Source: Candidatus Geocrenenecus huangii
GTDB taxonomy: Archaea; Thermoproteota; Nitrososphaeria_A; Caldarchaeales; Wolframiiraptoraceae
DNA length: 14,924 bases
Assembly (NCBI GenBank): GCA_023254095.1
Contig: JALNLM010000023.1
Span: 1-14,924, forward strand
Direction of reading: 5' to 3'
The translations under genes and the position numbers were made by a program. Under the pieces are notes generated by a model. The model was not told the origin of the DNA, did no database searches, and worked only from the letters and a program-made list of their open reading frames with translations. Below are positions 8,596-14,924 of this stretch, in pieces; within the stretch, counting starts at the first letter, position 1; each line of letters opens with the position of its first letter.

Positions 8596-8604
8596 TGCGT
8601 AGTC

Positions 8605-9039
8605 TTGAGTGAAGGAGTAAGATTAACTGACAAGGAGATCAAGTATATGTCATTGTTTGAAGCAGCTACAGGTGCATCTGTTATTGACTGCATAGATTCA
8701 GGCGACATAATGGTCTTCATAGTTGGCGATGGAGAACTTAAGAAAGTTTTATCGGGAAAAGGTGTAAAGATCCAGCAATTCTCTAGAATTGTTAAGAAGA
8801 AGATAAAAGTCATAGAGTATTCTCCAGACCCCTCCAAGTTCATTGAGAATGCACTTCTTCCAGCTAAAGTAATCGAGCCTATCAGAGTTACCGAGAGAAC
8901 AGACGGAAGGAAGATAGCAGTTGTAACAGTTGATCCTAAAGATAAAGGAGTAGCAATAGGCAAGAACGGTAAAACAATAGAGCTTATACGTTTAATAGCT
9001 AAGAGGCATCACCAGATCGATAACGTCATCGTAACCTAG
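8605..9039 (+). CDS. nusA: Archaeal transcription elongation factor NusA (two KH domains)
   Basis: LTDKEIKYMSLFEAATGA..IDC, KIKVIEYS.DP.KFI.N.L.PA, DKGVAIGKNGK; 144 aa; TTG start. Confidence 0.93.
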   Translation: MSEGVRLTDKEIKYMSLFEAATGASVIDCIDSGDIMVFIVGDGELKKVLSGKGVKIQQFSRIVKKKIKVIEYSPDPSKFIENALLPAKVIEPIRVTERTDGRKIAVVTVDPKDKGVAIGKNGKTIELIRLIAKRHHQIDNVIVT

Positions 9040-9173
9040 CCGAGAATATTGTAGATACTACATACGAGAAAATATTAAATATTAGCAGAGAGAATGATCT
9101 AGGCCTACTTTTAATTTTGACTTTTGCATTATTAAACGCTACTCAAATATTAGTTTTACTCTTGAATAATTAG

Positions 9174-9215
9174 CGAAACATTAAATATAGAGTATAACAA
9201 AAAAAGATAGGAGTG
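9174..9215 (+). promoter_or_regulatory. BRE-TATA and RBS of ppdK
   Basis: CGAAACATTAAATA at 9174-9187; GGAGTG at 9210-9215, 9 nt before the ATG at 9225. Confidence 0.55.
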
Positions 9216-9224
9216 TTTTTGAAT

Positions 9225-11912
9225 ATGTCTGAGAATAAACCCAGAGTACTATTGTTTGAAGAAGCTGTAGGCTTAACGAAATTCGAGCTTGGCGGTAAAG
9301 GATATGGATTAGTAGAAATGACTAGAATAGGGCTGCCTGTACCACCTGGATTAAATATCCCAACCTACGTTTGTAGAGAATACTATTCTACCGGAAGATT
9401 CCCAGACGGCTTAATAGATGAGGTAAGAGAGAAGCTCAGAATCATAGAGGAAAGAGTTGGGAGAAGATTCGGCTCAACCGAGAGGCCTCTTCTAGTGTCT
9501 GTCAGGTCTGGGGCTCCATATTCTATGCCGGGAATGATGGACACAATCTTAAACCTAGGATTGAATGATGAGATCGTTAAGAGTCTAGCTGGAGAAACAA
9601 GGGATGAGAGATTCGCGTATGACTCCTACCGTAGATTGATCCAGATGTTCGGCAAGATAGTTCTAGGAGTCAAAGATGAAAAATTCGATGAAATAATTGA
9701 AGAGCATAAGAAGAAGCTTGGAATAAAACATGACATAGAAATATCCGCAGAAGAATGGAAGAAAATTATCGAGGAATTTAAAGAATTGATTAAGAAGGAG
9801 GCTGGAATAGAGTTTCCCCAAGATCCATGGGAGCAGCTGCGGATGGCTATTGAAGCGGTCTTCAAATCATGGAATAATCCTAGAGCGATAGTCTATAGAA
9901 AGACATACAATATTCCTGAAGACTTGTATACCGCTGTAAATATCCAAATGATGGTCTTCGGGAATCTTGGATTCGACTCCGGCACAGGTGTAGGATTCAC
10001 TAGAAATCCGTCCACGGGGGAGAAGAAACTCTATGGAGAATACTTGCTGAATGCTCAAGGAGAAGATGTTGTAGCGGGAATTAGAACACCTAAACCGCTA
10101 GAGGAGTTGAAGAATGAGCTAACACAAGTCTATGAAGAGCTTCTAAGAGTATCTGAAATCCTTGAAAAACATTTTAGGGAAATGCAAGACTTCGAGTTCA
10201 CGATACAGGAAGGTAAACTATACCTCCTCCAGACGAGGAATGGGAAGAGAACAGCTCAGGCAGCTGTTAAGATAGCTGTAGAAATGGTGAATGAAGGATT
10301 AATTACGAAAGAAGAAGCAATATCCAGAATTGAGCCAAACGACCTAAACCAGCTCCTACATCCTAGAATCGACCCGAACGTCAAGTCTAAACCTATAGCG
10401 AAGGGTCTTAACGCGTCTCCCGGAGCAGCTACAGGAAAAGTAGTATTCACTGCAGATGAAGCAGCAGAACTGGGGTCTAAGGGCGAGAAAGTGATACTTG
10501 TTAGACCCGAGACTAAGCCTGAAGATATACATGGAATGATTGCTGCGCAGGGTATCTTGACGAGTAGAGGTGGGATGACGAGCCATGCGGCTGTGGTTGC
10601 TCGCGGGATGGGTAAGCCAGCGGTAGTAGGAGCGGAAATGATCAAGATCGACCTAGATAAAGAAGTCTTCACTGTTAATGGAGCGCAAGTGAGGAAATTC
10701 GACGTAATAACTATTGATGGAACAACAGGCCACGTCTATCTAGGGGCTGTCCCGACGATAGAGCCCGAGTTGAGCGGCGAACTACAGATCCTGCTCAGCT
10801 GGGCCGACGAGATTAGGAGGCTTGGAGTTAGAGCGAATGCTGAGACTCCTGCCGCGGCACGTAAAGCAAGAGAATTCGGAGCCGAGGGAATAGGGCTAGC
10901 GAGAACTGAGAGAATGTTTAACGCTCCTGACAGGCTCCCAATAGTCTACGAGTTAATATTTGCTGAGACAGAAGAGGAAAGATGGAATGCTGTAAAGAAG
11001 CTTCTACCAATGTTCAAGTCAGACTTTAAACAGATCTTTAGAGAGATGGCTGGATACCCGGTTACAGTCAGGTTACTCGACCTGCCTCTACATGAATTCT
11101 TGCCTAGGATGGAGGAGCTAATACAGGAAGTTACAGAATTGAGGATTAAGGCTAAGAGCCGTAAGAAGGGATATAAGAAAGCCATGAAGCTTCTACAAGA
11201 AAAGGAGCGTATACTTAAGAGAGCCTTACAGCTTGCAGAGCATAATCCAATGATAGGTCATAGAGGATGTAGGCTCGGAATAACATATCCAGAGATATAC
11301 CGCATCCAGACCAGAGCAATACTTGAGGCTGCTTTAGAATTGAAGAAGGAAAGTGTAGAGGTGCATCCAGAGATAATGATACCTTTGGTAAGCGAGGCTA
11401 ACGAGCTGAGCATTCTAAGGAAGATAGTAGAAGATGAAGCAGAGAAGGTGTTCCAAGAATATGGAGACAGAATAGAATTCCACGTAGGAACAATGATAGA
11501 AACTCCTAGAGCAGCTCTAACAGCTTCAGAGATAGCCAAGGTCGCAGACTTCTTTAGCTTTGGAACAAACGATTTAACACAGATGACCTTCGGCTTCAGT
11601 AGAGATGATGCAGAAGCCAAGTTCATGGCCCAGTATCTCGGCAAGAAGATTCTATCCCACAACCCATTCGAGAAGATAGATGAGAAAGGAGTTGGAAGGC
11701 TTGTCAAGATAGGGACGAAGGAAGGAAAACAAGCTAACCCTAAGCTAATCGTAGGAATCTGCGGAGAACATGGAGGAGACCCTGACAGTATAAGGCTCTT
11801 CGAGGAAGCAGGATTAGACTATGTAAGCTGCTCACCATACCGTGTACCGATAGCACGGCTAGCAGCAGCCCAAGCAAGATTAAAAGAACTCGCCGTAAAA
11901 ATAACAGTATAA
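9225..11912 (+). CDS. ppdK: Pyruvate, phosphate dikinase
   Basis: LGGKG, PLLVSVRSGA..SMPGMMDT, NAQGEDVVAGIRTP, LQTRNGKRT, GGMTSHAAVVARG (phospho-His), SFGTNDLTQ, GICGEHGG. The ATG at 9225 is preferred because the GTG at 9213 lies inside the RBS. Confidence 0.96.
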   Translation: MSENKPRVLLFEEAVGLTKFELGGKGYGLVEMTRIGLPVPPGLNIPTYVCREYYSTGRFPDGLIDEVREKLRIIEERVGRRFGSTERPLLVSVRSGAPYSMPGMMDTILNLGLNDEIVKSLAGETRDERFAYDSYRRLIQMFGKIVLGVKDEKFDEIIEEHKKKLGIKHDIEISAEEWKKIIEEFKELIKKEAGIEFPQDPWEQLRMAIEAVFKSWNNPRAIVYRKTYNIPEDLYTAVNIQMMVFGNLGFDSGTGVGFTRNPSTGEKKLYGEYLLNAQGEDVVAGIRTPKPLEELKNELTQVYEELLRVSEILEKHFREMQDFEFTIQEGKLYLLQTRNGKRTAQAAVKIAVEMVNEGLITKEEAISRIEPNDLNQLLHPRIDPNVKSKPIAKGLNASPGAATGKVVFTADEAAELGSKGEKVILVRPETKPEDIHGMIAAQGILTSRGGMTSHAAVVARGMGKPAVVGAEMIKIDLDKEVFTVNGAQVRKFDVITIDGTTGHVYLGAVPTIEPELSGELQILLSWADEIRRLGVRANAETPAAARKAREFGAEGIGLARTERMFNAPDRLPIVYELIFAETEEERWNAVKKLLPMFKSDFKQIFREMAGYPVTVRLLDLPLHEFLPRMEELIQEVTELRIKAKSRKKGYKKAMKLLQEKERILKRALQLAEHNPMIGHRGCRLGITYPEIYRIQTRAILEAALELKKESVEVHPEIMIPLVSEANELSILRKIVEDEAEKVFQEYGDRIEFHVGTMIETPRAALTASEIAKVADFFSFGTNDLTQMTFGFSRDDAEAKFMAQYLGKKILSHNPFEKIDEKGVGRLVKIGTKEGKQANPKLIVGICGEHGGDPDSIRLFEEAGLDYVSCSPYRVPIARLAAAQARLKELAVKITV

Positions 11913-12013
11913 ACCAGCATATACTAAAACATCCATTTAAAATCTCCCAGCTTTCCAACATTCATATACGGAAATCATATAAACACTCTAAGCCTACTCA
12001 AAAATGTAGATTT

Positions 12014-12184
12014 GTATCTAGAGTAACTGGTGGAGAACTATTAAAACGATGCCTAATACAAGAAAATGTAAAATATGTGTTTGGCGTTCCTGGAGACCAG
12101 CTGTATCCATTCTTGGACACAATATACAAGGATGAAAGACTGGAATTTATTACGTTTCGTCATGAAGCAGCAGCTTCTTCGTAA
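12014..12184 (+). pseudogene. 5' remnant of a thiamine-diphosphate-dependent enzyme (acetolactate synthase/POX family)
   Basis: Translates as VSRVTGGELLKRCLIQENVKYVFGVPGDQLYPFLDTIYKDERLEFITFRHEAAASS*, with the TGGELL, VFGxPG and RHExxA motifs. The start position reads GTA, and the frame stops after 56 codons of an enzyme usually about ten times longer. Confidence 0.85.
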
Positions 12185-12276
12185 GCTTTATTCTTATTCA
12201 ATTCTTCTTTATACGTTCTAATACACTCTTCACTAGGGAACCTATACTTCTCCAATCTATACCGCAAATAATTCAT
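12160..12276 (-). other. 38-codon minus-strand ORF, possibly the 5' remnant of a second gene
   Basis: MNYLRYRLEKYRFPSEECIRTYKEELNKNKAYEEAAAS*; purine-rich and coding-like; AGAAAAATTAATA upstream on the minus strand (12302-12290). Family not recognised. Confidence 0.3.
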
Positions 12277-12686
12277 CCTAGAAAATGGATATTAATTTTT
12301 CTAATAATTACTTACTGGGAGACCATGCCTAGCTCATAATGTTTAACATAGACGTGAGAGTTGCTGCGATGCTGACCCCTGCGCTGCCTCCGATACTAGG
12401 TTCTTCCTTGGTCCTAGATTATCCTCCCTAGTATTCTCTCCTTAAATGTATCTAGTTTTTAAAATTTCTAATGATTTTTCAGAGAATATTCTTGCTAGAA
12501 AATACTCCTAGAATTATTATTGAGGGATAGTTAAGGGTAACGTTAAGTAGGTCAATAGTGCAACGACATTACTCTAGCTGGCAGGGCATCGAAAACCTAG
12601 ATACTGCAAAATATCGACTACGTATTTCTCAAGGAACTGGGATGCCGCCTCGAGTTGAAGCTTTCCATCCTCTTCAATGTATAGGT

Positions 12687-12699
12687 AAAGGTTTATGAA
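12687..12699 (+). promoter_or_regulatory. Putative BRE-TATA of rps12
   Basis: AAAGGTTTATGAA, ending 27 nt before the ATG at 12726; no SD sequence. Confidence 0.45.
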
Positions 12700-12725
12700 A
12701 TACTGTTTAATATCAGATTCTTGGA

Positions 12726-13154
12726 ATGGGTAACGGGGAGCATGCATCGAGAAAACTAAAGAAGAATAGAAAGAAGTTTAGATGGAGTCAGAGAGAATAT
12801 CGCGTGAGAATGCTCCAACTTAAGAAGAAGGTAGATCCTCTAGAAGGAGCACCGATGGCAAGAGGAATTGTTATCCAGAAAGTAGGCATAGAGTCGAGGC
12901 AGCCTAACTCAGCTGTAAGAAAAGCTGTAAGAGTGCAACTCATAAAGAATGGTAAAGTAGTAACAGCATTCTGCCCAGGGGATGGAGCATTAAACGTAAT
13001 AGATGAGCATGACGAAGTAATAATCTCCGGCATAGGTGGAACACTAGGGAGATCCATGGGAGATCTGCCTGGAGTAAGATACAAAGTTGAACTCGTAAAC
13101 GATGTACCACTAAAACTACTCATTCTAGGTAAAGTTAAGAAGCCGAGAAGATAG
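12726..13154 (+). CDS. rps12: 30S ribosomal protein uS12 (archaeal S12)
   Basis: [50 protein letters not shown]. Confidence 0.98.
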   Translation: MGNGEHASRKLKKNRKKFRWSQREYRVRMLQLKKKVDPLEGAPMARGIVIQKVGIESRQPNSAVRKAVRVQLIKNGKVVTAFCPGDGALNVIDEHDEVIISGIGGTLGRSMGDLPGVRYKVELVNDVPLKLLILGKVKKPRR

Positions 13155-13320
13155 CTTCTACAAATATTGTATTTCTCGAGATATTGGATCAGCAAAATCG
13201 TTAAAAACTTCTTTACAGTAATCTTGTTGTCATGGTGCTAACAGATCGATACCTTTATTCAGAATGCATGAAGAAGATAATTTATGAGGTTATAGGGTTT
13301 GATGCAGGTGGTGCAAGTGC

Positions 13321-14112
13321 ATGGTGCTTGTCTCTCCAACATTAGTAAAGCAGAAAGTAAAAAGCTACCCAATACTTGAGAAGGCTTTCACAATACTAGA
13401 AGAAAGTGTGGAAGTCCAGTCCTACCTCTTGATGGCGAATGTTACTGCTGTTCAGAGGCTCATGTACAATGATCATGGACCCGTGCATTCAAGGATCGTC
13501 GCAGGCTCAGCATTAGAGATCATGGACATACTTTTAGAGAATGGTTATACATCATCTATCGTTAAAGACTCGGTTGGAGACGAGGTGGATTCTAGGCTTG
13601 TAGCAATGATGGGAGCGTATCTCCACGATATAGGTAATGCTATCCATAGAAGCCTGCATCACGTTACCGGTGTAGCTTTAGCATCCCGCTTCCTACCCAG
13701 AATACTTATGAAGATCTATAAGGACAACGTTAAACCATACAGGCTAACCCCTGAAATACTTCACTGCATCTTAGCACATGATGAAAGGGAGAGAGCTTTA
13801 AGCCTAGAAGCTGGAGTATCAAAAGTAGCTGATGGAACCGACATGGCTGGAGGAAGAGCTAGGATACCGTACAAACATGGTAAATCAGATATTCATGCCC
13901 TCTCAGCACTAGCCATAAAGAAGGTTGAGATAATTCAGAGCGAAGATGAAAAAAGACCTGTTAAGATAATCGTTGATATGGAGAACGAAGCGGGAATATT
14001 CCAGATAGAGCAAGTACTAGGCTTAAAGATACAGACTTCAGGAATAGCACAAGCAGTAGAGATAGAGGCATTAAAGAATGGCCTACACTTTAAGACTTTG
14101 ACATTTGGTTGA
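13321..14112 (+). CDS. HD-superfamily metal-dependent phosphohydrolase (COG3294-like)
   Basis: YNDHGPVH, YLHDIGN..HR..H, ILAHD, ADGTDM..GRARIP, DIHALSA; AGGTGGTG RBS upstream. Confidence 0.85.
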   Translation: MVLVSPTLVKQKVKSYPILEKAFTILEESVEVQSYLLMANVTAVQRLMYNDHGPVHSRIVAGSALEIMDILLENGYTSSIVKDSVGDEVDSRLVAMMGAYLHDIGNAIHRSLHHVTGVALASRFLPRILMKIYKDNVKPYRLTPEILHCILAHDERERALSLEAGVSKVADGTDMAGGRARIPYKHGKSDIHALSALAIKKVEIIQSEDEKRPVKIIVDMENEAGIFQIEQVLGLKIQTSGIAQAVEIEALKNGLHFKTLTFG

Positions 14113-14144
14113 AAAACCTCAGAATATATACGTTTCATGTGAAT

Positions 14145-14154
14145 GGTTTAAGAA
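14145..14154 (+). promoter_or_regulatory. Putative TATA of rps7
   Basis: GGTTTAAGAA, ending about 30 nt before the ATG at 14185. Confidence 0.4.
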
Positions 14155-14184
14155 TAAGCTATCAGACATAATTATGACAATAGG

Positions 14185-14766
14185 ATGTCAGAGGAGCTAG
14201 TCGAGAAGTTTAAGATATTCGGTAAATGGAGTATAGAGGGGGTTGAAGTAAAAGATCCTGGTTTAAAAAGGTACATCAATCTTAAGCCAACCATCATACC
14301 TCATTCAGGCGGAAGACATGAGCATAGAAGATTCGGGAAAGCAGAAGTAAATATCGTTGAGAGACTTGCCAACATGTTTATGAGACCTGGAAGAAACGGT
14401 GGAAAAAAGACTAAAGGATTAAAGATAGTGAGAAATGCTTTCGAGATAATATACCTGAGGACTGGTAGAAACCCATTAGAAGTCTTGGTAAGAGCTATCG
14501 AGAACGCTGCACCACGCGAAGACGTAACAAAATTAATCTATGGAGGAATACTCTATCTCAAAGCAGTTGATATATCTCCACAGAGAAGGCTAGACCTAGC
14601 TTTAAGATATATTGCTCAAGCAGCTAGAGAATCAGCATTTAGAAGTAAAAAGAAAGTTGAAGAAGCTTTAGCAGATGAGGTAATCATGGCGGCGGAGAAT
14701 GATAGTAAAAGCTACGCTATAAGAAAGAAGGTTGAATTAGAGAGGATGGCTTACGCATCCCGCTAA
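14185..14766 (+). CDS. rps7: 30S ribosomal protein uS7 (archaeal S7)
   Basis: [20 protein letters not shown]...[51 protein letters not shown]. Confidence 0.98.
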   Translation: MSEELVEKFKIFGKWSIEGVEVKDPGLKRYINLKPTIIPHSGGRHEHRRFGKAEVNIVERLANMFMRPGRNGGKKTKGLKIVRNAFEIIYLRTGRNPLEVLVRAIENAAPREDVTKLIYGGILYLKAVDISPQRRLDLALRYIAQAARESAFRSKKKVEEALADEVIMAAENDSKSYAIRKKVELERMAYASR

Positions 14767-14829
14767 CATAGACCTAAGATAAATCAGTCAATAACAATTA
14801 TCTGTTAAGATTAATTAAAATCGAATAAG

Positions 14830-14874
14830 TTTATATAAAGATCAATCAACTTCTATTAGAATATCGGGATATTC
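14830..14874. promoter_or_regulatory. TATA box followed by a perfect 7-2-7 inverted repeat (candidate operator)
   Basis: TTTATATA at 14830-14837; GAATATC-GG-GATATTC at 14859-14874. Confidence 0.45.
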
Positions 14875-14924
14875 GTTCAGTGTTCCTTCCCCCATCTCTC
14901 CGTTTACCTAGTAAATTTATATAA

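Noticed and set aside
8562-8630. TGATGA...CTGA as a possible C/D box sRNA
   Set aside because: The C-like box lies within the nusA promoter and the D-like box within its CDS; there is no convincing D'/C' pair or terminal stem.
9040-9170. Recurrent AATATT words and the palindrome TGTAG-ATA-CTACA between nusA and ppdK
   Set aside because: Short and AT-rich with irregular spacing; not a CRISPR array and not a recognisable operator.
11786-12184. Stop-free -1 frame linking the end of ppdK to the ThDP remnant (possible programmed frameshift)
   Set aside because: There is no canonical slippery heptamer, the linker is not protein-like, and a 56-aa ThDP stub would be non-functional.
6391-12675. Identical 10-mer CATCCTCTTC in two intergenic regions (6391-6400 and 12666-12675)
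   Set aside because: A single 10-mer match is expected by chance at this scale, and the flanks do not align.
13232-13345. 37-aa ORF containing VIGFDAGGAS, reminiscent of an ASKHA phosphate-1 motif
   Set aside because: The GG codons coincide with the RBS of the HD gene, and the match is too short to support.
818-14138. Numerous 60-220 aa ORFs in the track antisense to recognised genes (e.g. 7191-7853, 8544-8963, 11258-11707, 12788-13195)
   Set aside because: They are shadow frames of well-supported genes, Ser/Ile/Phe-rich, with no recognisable motifs.
1-14924. tRNA, rRNA, CRISPR array, transposase, integrase or intein
   Set aside because: No cloverleaf, regular repeat-spacer pattern, recombinase motif or unexplained in-frame insertion was seen by eye.

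Overview
AT-rich archaeal DNA, probably from the TACK group. This rests on the archaeal-type short NusA, uS12 with RQPNS, archaeal uS7, a tungsten AOR, and TATA/BRE promoters with GGAGGTG/GGTG RBSs. The left half is a co-oriented amine-utilisation-like cluster: a 5'-truncated ornithine-carbamoyltransferase-family gene, a HemL-like class III aminotransferase and a PotD/A/B/C-type ABC importer, with a convergent aldehyde:ferredoxin oxidoreductase. By eye, all three substrate-recognising proteins deviate from their textbook homologues at specificity residues, so this may be an uncharacterised ureido/omega-amine pathway. The right half holds nusA, rps12 and rps7 in ancestral order, but split by ppdK, about 800 bp of decayed gene debris (including a clear ThDP-enzyme 5' fragment) and an HD-domain gene. 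No rRNA, tRNA, CRISPR array or transposase was seen. All assignments come from motif recognition by eye; no searches were run.
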